Virus record (IMG/VR): IMGVR_UViG_3300032243_000114
Location: 1-32,321 of that record
DNA from: a virus
Lineage: Duplodnaviria; Caudoviricetes
Direction: 5' to 3' (one strand)
DNA length: 32,321 nucleotides
Positions 9,108-17,447 of the stretch are shown one piece after another. Below the pieces are notes generated by a model that was given only the letters and a program-made list of their open reading frames with translations, was not told where the DNA came from and made no database searches. The translations under genes and the position numbers were made by a program. Position 1 is the stretch's first letter; each line of letters opens with the position of its first letter.

Positions 9108-9816
9108 ACTAACCACACCGTTAATTGTTTTAGCTTTGGTAGGGTGCGCCTCTACTGACTACACCAAATACTCAGAAACCCAAGTGGCAATAGCTCGCTA
9201 CAAGGCTGAATCTGAAAAAGCTAGGTACGCTGTACTAACTGAGATTGTAAAAAAGGGCGACCCTACAGCATCGGTTGCGGCGGTTATGTCGATGCAAATG
9301 GGTATGAATGCTCCTCAAGAGCAACGCTTAGAGGCTCCTAGAAGTTCGGGGGATGATATGCTCAAATGGGCTTCTTTGCTGGTTCCAACAGCAGTACAAG
9401 GCTTTGGTATATACGCCAATGCCAAGGTAGCTACTACTCAATCTAACAACGCCACGACTACTGCTTTAAGCACAAACTCTACGTTTGCAAGCATAGCTAA
9501 TACGGGGAGTAATAACCAAGCAAGCATGGCTTCTAACTCAAATTCTGCTATTCAGAGCATTTCTGGTACAGCCACGACTGCGTTGACCAACATGGGTAGC
9601 AGTTCAAATACAGCGTTAACCAGTATGGCTAACAACGCCAACACAGCTCTAACAAACATGGCGGCAAGCAACGCAAGTAACGTATCTAATGCTTTGACTA
9701 GCCAAGCCGCAGCATATAACAGTCTTATCACAACAGACTTGAATGTTTTAAACGCCGCAGTCAACAAACTCACAATTGCACCCGTAGTTATTACGAATGG
9801 GCTTATTCAGAAATGA
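9100..9816 (+). CDS. Lipoprotein of unknown function
   Basis: Signal peptide with lipobox LVG-C (MIKLTTPLIVLALVGC); AAGGAG RBS; Ala/Ser/Asn/Thr-rich 11-aa repeats in the C-terminal half. Confidence 0.75.
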   Translation: MIKLTTPLIVLALVGCASTDYTKYSETQVAIARYKAESEKARYAVLTEIVKKGDPTASVAAVMSMQMGMNAPQEQRLEAPRSSGDDMLKWASLLVPTAVQGFGIYANAKVATTQSNNATTTALSTNSTFASIANTGSNNQASMASNSNSAIQSISGTATTALTNMGSSSNTALTSMANNANTALTNMAASNASNVSNALTSQAAAYNSLITTDLNVLNAAVNKLTIAPVVITNGLIQK

Positions 9817-10052
9817 AAGAGTTTTTAATATTCATTCCCCCAATACTCTCAGTCTTGGTGGTGGTTGCGTGGGTGCTAGTTCAATTCTTTTTACTCAGCC
9901 ACGTGATTGACGCATCAATGAGGGAACTGGTTGCAAGGGTATTAGGTACTTTGGACGGTGCTTTGATGCTCGTCCTATCTTATTATTTCGGTTCATCCAG
10001 CGGCTCACAGGCCAAAGATGACTTGTTACACAAATCGAGTCCAACACCATGA
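9813..10052 (+). CDS. Putative holin (2 TM)
   Basis: 79 aa with two hydrophobic segments and 'YYFGSSSGS..KD' motif; ATGA overlaps with both neighbours; directly upstream of the endolysin. Confidence 0.75.
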   Translation: MKEFLIFIPPILSVLVVVAWVLVQFFLLSHVIDASMRELVARVLGTLDGALMLVLSYYFGSSSGSQAKDDLLHKSSPTP

Positions 10053-10480
10053 CACAACTAAGTGAACACTTTACGCTTGAAGAGCTTACACACACCGACC
10101 ACAGGGAGTTTACAAATGAACCTAATGACTTTGAAAAAAACAATCTTAAACGTTTGGCAGAGTTACTTGAACAAGTTAAGGGATTACTTGGCGGGAAGCC
10201 AATTATGGTTAACTCAGGTTTTAGGTCTAAACAAGTTAACGACGCGGTTGGAAGCTCTGATCGTTCTCAGCATCGCGTGGGCGCTGCTTGTGATTTTCGT
10301 GTGCCTAATATGACCCCAGATGAAGTGGTCAAAGCTATTATTGGTAGTGGTTTACCCTTCGATCAAGTGATCCGTGAGTTTGACCGTTGGACGCATATCA
10401 GTGTGCCAAATACGCCTGAAACAAACCCTAGACGGCAAGCACTTATCATTGATAAAATGGGTACAAGACTGTATACATAG
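10049..10480 (+). CDS. Endolysin, peptidase M15 family (Zn peptidase)
   Basis: 'LSEHFTLEEL', 'VNSGFRS', 'SQH..G.ACD', 'WTHIS' Zn-ligand motifs; no signal peptide. Confidence 0.9.
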   Translation: MTQLSEHFTLEELTHTDHREFTNEPNDFEKNNLKRLAELLEQVKGLLGGKPIMVNSGFRSKQVNDAVGSSDRSQHRVGAACDFRVPNMTPDEVVKAIIGSGLPFDQVIREFDRWTHISVPNTPETNPRRQALIIDKMGTRLYT

Positions 10481-10489
10481 GAGCATATT

Positions 10490-11236
10490 ATGGCTGACCA
10501 AATTCCAACATATTCCGCTGACCCCAATATACAGGCAGGATTAGCCGCTTTGTACGGGAAAAGTGGGGATGTTAATGCCGTGGGATTAACCGATGCACAA
10601 AAAGCGGCCGCTCAAGACGTTTTTAACAAAAGAACAGATTTATTCAATCAAGCGGCCGCATATCAAACCAACCAAAATTTGGGAGGCCTGTATGGACTTA
10701 CAGATCCTACTGCACAAAAACAATTTTTAACTGATTTTAATAAAGCAGCAGCAACACCCGGATTTCAATATTTAGCTCCAACAGGTAATGCTTATGCGCC
10801 AACGGCATCGCAAACATTTACACAAGCACTAGCCGCCAATAAAGGAAATGCAAATGCGTTAATGAATCAGTTTACTACTGGTGCAGGCGCTGCTGATAAT
10901 CCGTTCTTGGGGCAATACAATTACATGACTCAAGGCGGCGGCCCAGCAAGTATTACTCCTTTTACGGCTCAACAACTTTACAATCAACAACACCCCACAG
11001 TTGCCGCTCCAGCAGCAACCAATACGGTAGGTGGTTATTTTGACACCAATCAATTTAGATCTACAAGCGAAAGTACAGATCCAGAGGGGTATAAAATTGT
11101 AACTACTCCAGTTGGAATTTTTAAAATTAACCCAGTAAATCACAAGATTGTTTCGGTTATGCCTGTTGCAAAAGCTAGCGGTGGCTCTGTACAAATGCCT
11201 GACGCATACTCACAAGGCAATTGGAAACTGATCTAA
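10490..11236 (+). CDS. Hypothetical protein, possible internal virion/cargo protein
   Basis: 248 aa, AGGAG RBS, Ala/Gln/Thr-rich; C-terminal 'KASGGSVQMPDAYSQGNWKLI'. Confidence 0.6.
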   Translation: MADQIPTYSADPNIQAGLAALYGKSGDVNAVGLTDAQKAAAQDVFNKRTDLFNQAAAYQTNQNLGGLYGLTDPTAQKQFLTDFNKAAATPGFQYLAPTGNAYAPTASQTFTQALAANKGNANALMNQFTTGAGAADNPFLGQYNYMTQGGGPASITPFTAQQLYNQQHPTVAAPAATNTVGGYFDTNQFRSTSESTDPEGYKIVTTPVGIFKINPVNHKIVSVMPVAKASGGSVQMPDAYSQGNWKLI

Positions 11237-11237
11237 T

Positions 11238-13322
11238 ATGCCACTACAAAAAGTCGTCTTTAAACCGGGGGTTAACCGGGAAAACACTCGGTACACCAAC
11301 GAGGGTGGCTGGTATGAATCTGATAAAGTGCGGTTCCGTCAAGGCACGCCTGAAAAAATTGGTGGCTGGACGCAGTATTCTTCTTACAGATTTGTAGGTG
11401 TTTGCCGCTTGCTTTGGAATTGGGTTGATTTAAGTAATATTCTTTATTTGGCTGTAGGCACTAACTTAAAGTTTTATGTAACTTACGGCACTAATTATTT
11501 TGATATTACCCCTATACGTTCAACGGTTACGCTACCCAACAACCCTATTGCTACAAACTCCGCCACCAATGCTGGTGGAAAGACGACCGTCACCGTTACA
11601 ACAACCGCAGCCAACGGTGCTTTGGTCAATGATTTTGTAACCCTTACTGGAGCAACGGCTGTTGCTGGCGTAACTGTGAGCGGTGAGTATCAAATAACAA
11701 GTACACCAAGTACCACTACATTTACCATATCCGTTACAGGTACTGCATCTACTAGTACATCTGGTGGGGGCGCATCGGTTGTAGCGGCATTTCAAGTTAA
11801 TACAGGCGCTGCTATACAAATTCCATATTCGGGATGGGGCGCAGGGCCTTGGAACTTTGGCACTTGGGGCAATGGTGGAACAACGGTTACCAATCTTCAG
11901 TTATGGAACGCCTATAACTTTGGGGAAAACTTAATTTTTGGCCCTCGCGGTGCAGGTATTTATTACTGGAAAGCATCTGGCGGAACAAGCACAAGAGGTG
12001 TTTTGTTATCTAGTTTAGGCGGTACGGTTACATTTACCAGTGCATCTCCAACTGTAGTGACGTTTACAATTCCCTTGACTGAAGGCACAGCCGTTCAGTT
12101 TAATGCCACGACTTCAATGCCTACAGGCGTAACCGCAGGGACTACATACTATCTGTATAACGTACAAGGTGTAACGGCCAATCTTTTAAATAGCGCAGGT
12201 GCAATAGTCAATACTTCATCTACAGGCTCTGGTGTTTACATATCCAATCTTGTGGATGTGCCTTTGTTCCAAAATTACATCATTGTGTCTGATGCTTCTA
12301 GGTTTGTGATTGTATTTGGCACAAACGACTACGGCGGTACAACACTTGATCCTATGCTTATCAGGTGGTCTGACCAAGAAAACCCCTACGAGTGGACGCC
12401 TGACGCAACAAACCAAGCGGGTAGTATCCGCCTGTCGCACGGCTCACAGATCGTAACGGCCATCCAAACTCGTCAAGAGATTGTGGTATTTACCGATCAA
12501 GCGGTCTATTCTTTGCAATATGTAGGCGCTCCTTACTATTGGAAAACACAGTTACTGGGGGACAACATCTCCATGATGGGGCCAAATGCCGCCGTCTTAG
12601 CGTCTGGCGTGGTGTATTGGATGGGTAAAGATAAGTTCTACCTGTACGACGGTCGAGTACAAACGCTTAACTGTGACCTTCGTAAATTTGTATTTGAGAA
12701 CATCAATCAAGGTCAAAACCAACAAGTTTATGCAAGCACCAGTGAAGCTTTTAATGAAGCATGGTGGTTCTATTGTTCAGCAAACAGCACGGCAATGGAC
12801 AGTTACGTGGTGTATAACTACCTTGAAAAGCTTTGGTATTACGGAAGTATTGGTAGAACAGCCTGGTTAGATTCAGGCTTGCTCCCCAATCCCGTTGCAG
12901 CTACATATAACGGATATATTGTTAATCAAGAGAGTGGCGTTGATGACTCTGAAACAGGTACTCCCGCAGCTATTGACGCTTATATTTCTTCATCAGAGTT
13001 TGATATTGGGGATGGGCATAATTTTGCTTTTGTGTGGAGGATCCTTCCTGATGTGACGTTTTCAGGTTCCTCAAGTGGTACGGCTCCTGAAGCCACCATG
13101 ACGCTATATCCTATGTACAACTCAGGATCAGGTACAAATAACCCTAGATCAAATGCAGTACAGAGTATTAACCTTAGTGCAAACCCTGAAACATTTACAG
13201 GCGAAGTCTATACACGGGTGCGTGGACGGCAACTCATCATCAAAATGGAATCTAATAAAGTCGGAACCAATTGGCAGTTGGGCGCTCCTAGACTCGATAT
13301 CCGTCCTGACGGCAGACGTTAA
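11238..13322 (+). CDS. Tail nozzle / DNA stabilisation protein (P22 gp10 / tubular protein B-like beta-propeller)
   Basis: 694 aa; 'KPGVNRE...VRFRQG.PEKIGGW', 'IRWSDQE', 'NQAGSIRL..GS.I', terminal 'WQLG..RLDIRPDGRR'; precedes the ejection genes. Confidence 0.7.
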   Translation: MPLQKVVFKPGVNRENTRYTNEGGWYESDKVRFRQGTPEKIGGWTQYSSYRFVGVCRLLWNWVDLSNILYLAVGTNLKFYVTYGTNYFDITPIRSTVTLPNNPIATNSATNAGGKTTVTVTTTAANGALVNDFVTLTGATAVAGVTVSGEYQITSTPSTTTFTISVTGTASTSTSGGGASVVAAFQVNTGAAIQIPYSGWGAGPWNFGTWGNGGTTVTNLQLWNAYNFGENLIFGPRGAGIYYWKASGGTSTRGVLLSSLGGTVTFTSASPTVVTFTIPLTEGTAVQFNATTSMPTGVTAGTTYYLYNVQGVTANLLNSAGAIVNTSSTGSGVYISNLVDVPLFQNYIIVSDASRFVIVFGTNDYGGTTLDPMLIRWSDQENPYEWTPDATNQAGSIRLSHGSQIVTAIQTRQEIVVFTDQAVYSLQYVGAPYYWKTQLLGDNISMMGPNAAVLASGVVYWMGKDKFYLYDGRVQTLNCDLRKFVFENINQGQNQQVYASTSEAFNEAWWFYCSANSTAMDSYVVYNYLEKLWYYGSIGRTAWLDSGLLPNPVAATYNGYIVNQESGVDDSETGTPAAIDAYISSSEFDIGDGHNFAFVWRILPDVTFSGSSSGTAPEATMTLYPMYNSGSGTNNPRSNAVQSINLSANPETFTGEVYTRVRGRQLIIKMESNKVGTNWQLGAPRLDIRPDGRR

Positions 13323-13651
13323 TGGCAACACAACCGATCATCAACCCCCCAGTACCTAGCTTGCCTTTAGCTACGGAAGATTATGAGCGTCGGTATCAAG
13401 ACCAATATTCCAACGTCTTGCGTCTGTACTTTAACCAGCTCAACAATGCTTTAAACGTAATTATCAATAACTACACAGTTGGCACTACGGTGTATACAGT
13501 AGCTACATTACCCAGTGCGGTTACATCAGGTGCGGGCACAAGAACTTTTGTATCGGATTCTTCGGTGACTACTTTTAATACAACGGTAGCTAGCGGTGGG
13601 GCAAACACAGTGCCTGTATTCTCCAATGGAACCAACTGGAAAGTAGGCTAA
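13322..13651 (+). CDS. Small tail-associated protein
   Basis: TAATG coupling; 'LRLYFNQL' helix and 'TVATLP...FVSD...VPVFSNGTNWKVG' fibre-knob-like end. Confidence 0.6.
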   Translation: MATQPIINPPVPSLPLATEDYERRYQDQYSNVLRLYFNQLNNALNVIINNYTVGTTVYTVATLPSAVTSGAGTRTFVSDSSVTTFNTTVASGGANTVPVFSNGTNWKVG

Positions 13652-13653
13652 TA

Positions 13654-13662
13654 TGATAAACT
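13654..13662 (+). promoter_or_regulatory. Possible extended -10 promoter (TGaTAAACT) for the internal virion genes
   Basis: TGnTAAACT in the 33-nt gap before the GAGG RBS of 13685; no clear -35. Confidence 0.35.
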
Positions 13663-13684
13663 CTAACTTATTTACGAGGCAAAT

Positions 13685-16426
13685 ATGAGTCTCCAACACA
13701 TAGCCAATCACTTAGCGCAACAAGGTCGTGGCAACGACAAAATGCTTGTGCACATGACTCCCAGCGAAGTTGCTGGATTGCGTAGCCTTGCTCATGCCAA
13801 AGGTGGAGATTTAACAATCAACCCGCATACGGGTTTACCCGAAGCAGGCTTCTTAGACGATGTACTTAAAGCTGCTGCACCTATAGCGTTGGGTGCTTTG
13901 CTTGGCCCCGCTGGGTTTGGTTTATCGTCAGTGATGGCAGGGGTTGCTACGGGCGGCATTATGACTCTCGCTACTGGTAGTTTGTCTCGTGGACTCATGG
14001 CCGGATTGGGTGCGTATGGTGGAGCCGATTTAGTTGGCGGATTATCAAGCGCTGGGGTACAAGCGGCTGCACCCGGAGCATTGACTGCTGCACAAGAAGG
14101 CCTTGCCAGTGGTCTAGGCACAGAAGTTGGATCAGAAGCGTACACAAAATATCTTGAAGCAAATCCCGGAGCTTTAGGTGAAAGTGTAAAAACACAACTT
14201 AGTGCCATGTCCCCGATGGATAAAATCAGTGGTGGTTTTAATGCTGTAACAGCAAGTCCTAGCACAATGGGAGATTTTGCGGCTAAGAATTGGAAGTCTG
14301 GTCTTGCCGCAGTAGCGCCTATCATGGCTAATAAAGGTGTTCAAACAACTACACCAGCCCCAACAAACACAGGGTATATTCGCCAAAAGATTTACGACCC
14401 TGTTACGCACAGAACAATTGATTTAGACCCTTTTAAAGCTAGCGATTACGGTAGCCGTAAATTCTCAGACATCTATCAACAACCCACCGCCAACGCTGCA
14501 ACAGGCGGTATCGTGGCACTAGCTCAAGGGGGCATGGCGCATTTTGCCGATGGTGGATTTACAGATCAACAAGTTGCAGATTACATCAAGGGTATACAAG
14601 CGCAAGGCGGTGGAGACAACGAAATAGCCTTGGCGATGAGTAAGTTTGGTGTTGGTGCAGATCAAGTATCTAAAGTTACAGGCGTCAATGCAGCAGATGT
14701 TACCCAAAGATACGATACAGGTATTACAAATGACATCAATGCTTACTTAGGAGCCAACCCAACTGCATCTGATGCAACGCTTTACAATCAAATGCTTGCC
14801 AATAACATCACCACAAATCAAGTGGCAAATGCTGTAGGTGTGCCTTTAACGGGTGAAAATAGCGTTCAAGATCGTTATAAATTAGCTAAAGACATTATTG
14901 CTGAAGGAGAAAATATAGGTAAAGCGCCAGACAAAAATCCTTTGGGTAGTACTTACGACCAAACTTGGGCGCAGTACATGGATGCACATAAAGACGCATC
15001 TGGCAAAGTTGATAAAATTACAATTGAAGAAATAGCGCGTACAACAGGCATTTCTAAAGATGAAATTGAAAAGAGATATAAAGCGGCTGAAGCAGCATTA
15101 GCTACAACAGGAACGGGGACAGGCACGGGGACAGGAACGGGGACAGGCACTGGTACTCCTACGCCAACTCCCAGCGGTACTCCTACTCCTACTCCTTCAC
15201 CTACGCCTTCACCTACTCCTACGCCCACTCCCAGTGGAACTCCTACACCTACGCCCACTCCAACACCAACAAAAGTTGATACACCTACAATTATAAATAC
15301 AGCCCCTACACCTACATTACCTCCCGGGGTTGGTGGTACTACAGGCCCTGCTATTGTTGGAGGGGGAACAACAGTCAATCCCAACGGTACGATTACTGTA
15401 TCTCCTGTTATTCCTAACATTCCTGTTGGCGGGTTTACGGGCATAAAAAATCTTACTGATACCTATACCCAAGGTGGCGGTAGTACAGGGTACTTCCCCC
15501 CAGCGCCTAAGACACTGGAAGATTTTAATAAACAGTTCAACACAATGACTGGAGATTCTTTAGCAGCGTACAACTATCTTATGGGTAAAGGTGCTGCGCC
15601 TATTAAAACTACAGCGCCACAAGTATCTGGATCGTATGCTGAAAAAGTGTTGGGTATCAAGCCAGACGTAAAAACATACTCGGCAAATGTTAAATACATT
15701 TTTGATCCCGTAACACATAAACAAATCCTTAACCCCAACTACGATCCTACGGCTACTAATGTAGATAAAGCTATTTTAAATAGTAAAACTTTGGGTGGAA
15801 ATCCAGATGGCGGTTTTATAACGCCAACACAACCAGACAATTTTGATGAAGTTGCTTATTTAAAAGCACACCCTGATGTGGCTGCGGAACTTGCGAGCGG
15901 TAAAGCTACTTTTGGTAGCGCGTATGGTCACTACTTATTGTATGGAGATAAAGGTAGCAAAATAAAAGATCCAAACTATACTTTTACTACAAAAACAACA
16001 ACGGCTAATACTGGTGGTCTCATGGGTATGGCTCGTGGCGGTTCTGCACACCCTTCATTCTTTTCAAAAGCAACGGGTAAGTTTAACTTTCATCCCCCAC
16101 AAGTTTACGCAGATGGTGGCATGGCAATGGGTGGCCTTGGTTCTTTAGGGGGTTACTCTGATGGCGGTCGTTTGCTTCGTGGCCCGGGGGATGGTGTCTC
16201 TGATTCTATTCCTGCCTCTATTGGGGATCGTCAGCCTGCACGCCTTGCTGACGGTGAGTTTGTGGTGCCTGCGCGCATTGTGTCTGAAATAGGCAATGGC
16301 TCCACAGAAGCAGGAGCGCGCAAACTGTATCAAATGATGGATCGTGTACAGAACGCACGTGCAAAAACAACTGGCAAAGGCAGGGTAGCCAAAGATACCA
16401 ACGCCTCTAAATACCTACCCGTATAA
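13685..16426 (+). CDS. Internal virion / DNA ejection protein
   Basis: N-terminal 'GRGNDKMLVHMTPSE...TINPHTGLPE', Gly/Ala hydrophobic segment, (TG)n/(TP)n linker, many xxGG motifs, C-terminal 'GPGDGVSDSIPA...LADGEFVVPA'. Confidence 0.65.
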   Translation: MSLQHIANHLAQQGRGNDKMLVHMTPSEVAGLRSLAHAKGGDLTINPHTGLPEAGFLDDVLKAAAPIALGALLGPAGFGLSSVMAGVATGGIMTLATGSLSRGLMAGLGAYGGADLVGGLSSAGVQAAAPGALTAAQEGLASGLGTEVGSEAYTKYLEANPGALGESVKTQLSAMSPMDKISGGFNAVTASPSTMGDFAAKNWKSGLAAVAPIMANKGVQTTTPAPTNTGYIRQKIYDPVTHRTIDLDPFKASDYGSRKFSDIYQQPTANAATGGIVALAQGGMAHFADGGFTDQQVADYIKGIQAQGGGDNEIALAMSKFGVGADQVSKVTGVNAADVTQRYDTGITNDINAYLGANPTASDATLYNQMLANNITTNQVANAVGVPLTGENSVQDRYKLAKDIIAEGENIGKAPDKNPLGSTYDQTWAQYMDAHKDASGKVDKITIEEIARTTGISKDEIEKRYKAAEAALATTGTGTGTGTGTGTGTGTPTPTPSGTPTPTPSPTPSPTPTPTPSGTPTPTPTPTPTKVDTPTIINTAPTPTLPPGVGGTTGPAIVGGGTTVNPNGTITVSPVIPNIPVGGFTGIKNLTDTYTQGGGSTGYFPPAPKTLEDFNKQFNTMTGDSLAAYNYLMGKGAAPIKTTAPQVSGSYAEKVLGIKPDVKTYSANVKYIFDPVTHKQILNPNYDPTATNVDKAILNSKTLGGNPDGGFITPTQPDNFDEVAYLKAHPDVAAELASGKATFGSAYGHYLLYGDKGSKIKDPNYTFTTKTTTANTGGLMGMARGGSAHPSFFSKATGKFNFHPPQVYADGGMAMGGLGSLGGYSDGGRLLRGPGDGVSDSIPASIGDRQPARLADGEFVVPARIVSEIGNGSTEAGARKLYQMMDRVQNARAKTTGKGRVAKDTNASKYLPV
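15107..15270 (+). repeat. Degenerate 6-bp-unit coding repeats: (Thr-Gly)n then (Thr/Ser-Pro)n
   Basis: acaggaacggggacaggcacgggg... followed by actcctacgccaactccc...; third positions vary. Confidence 0.9.
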
Positions 16427-16435
16427 GGAATAATC

Positions 16436-17443
16436 ATGGCAGATCCACAATTAACGTCATCCACGGTATCGCAAACCACGATACCAGACTATGCTAAACC
16501 ATACGTAGAAGAAATGTTGGGCAATGCCCAAGCTATTACTGATCCCAATGTTGACTATCAACAGTATATGGGAGACCGTGTAGCGCAATTCACGCCTTTG
16601 CAAAATCAAGCGTTTGGTAATGCGGCTTTAATGCAAACTGCTCCGCAACTGCAAGATGCAAGCGCAATGGCAGGGACGGCGGGTTTAGGTGCGTTAAATA
16701 CTGGGTATACATACAACCCTTACAGTGCACAAAGTTTTACCAGCCCCGGTGTAGCGCAAAAGTACATGAACCCGTATTTGGGTGTGATGGACGCGGCAAC
16801 CAACAGAAATGCACAGATTCAACAAAACGCACTCAATGCGCAAGCTACCACGGCAGGTGCTTTTGGCGGTGGTCGTCAAGCTATTATGGGAGCGCAAAAC
16901 AACGCTGAATTACAACGCAACCTAGGTCAAAACCAATACAACGCTTACAACGCAGGTCAACAACAGTTCAATACTGAACAAGGGCAAAACCAAGCGGCGG
17001 CTAATCTTAATGCGCAACAAGGACAGTTTGGTGCAGGGCTTGGACTTCAAGGTCTTCAAACGGCCAATCAAGCAGCAGCAACTCTAGCGGGTATCGGTCA
17101 ACAGCAATACGGACAAAACATGGGCATCAATGCGCAACAAGCGCAGTATGGTGGCGTACAGCAACAGCAAGTTCAGAACCAATTGAACAATCAGTATCAA
17201 GATTTCTTGAACTATCAGAACAACCCATACAAGCAAATCAGTTTCATGTCTGACATTTTGCGTGGCCTTCCAATGGCGCAGAGTACGGGCGCAGTTTATC
17301 AAACGCCTCCTTCTATGATGTCTCAAGCCGCGGGTCTTGGTGTTGCTGGTTTGGGTTTAAGCAAATTAGGAGCGTTTGCTGGGGGCGGTATGGTTAATCG
17401 TCCGGCTGGTTTGGCTGAATTAGCTATTCATAACATGGGTTGA
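16436..17443 (+). CDS. Gln/Ala/Gly-rich DNA ejection (pilot-like) protein
   Basis: 'IPDYAKPY', 'RVAQFTPLQ', 'YMNPY', 'AGAFGGGRQ', Gln-rich helices, hydrophobic Gly-rich C-terminus; AAGGA RBS. Confidence 0.65.
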   Translation: MADPQLTSSTVSQTTIPDYAKPYVEEMLGNAQAITDPNVDYQQYMGDRVAQFTPLQNQAFGNAALMQTAPQLQDASAMAGTAGLGALNTGYTYNPYSAQSFTSPGVAQKYMNPYLGVMDAATNRNAQIQQNALNAQATTAGAFGGGRQAIMGAQNNAELQRNLGQNQYNAYNAGQQQFNTEQGQNQAAANLNAQQGQFGAGLGLQGLQTANQAAATLAGIGQQQYGQNMGINAQQAQYGGVQQQQVQNQLNNQYQDFLNYQNNPYKQISFMSDILRGLPMAQSTGAVYQTPPSMMSQAAGLGVAGLGLSKLGAFAGGGMVNRPAGLAELAIHNMG

Positions 17444-17447
17444 TATT

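Noticed and set aside
14953-15444. (GV)n/(VP)n ORF on the - strand
   Set aside because: Mirror of the TG/TP repeat in the + strand gene.
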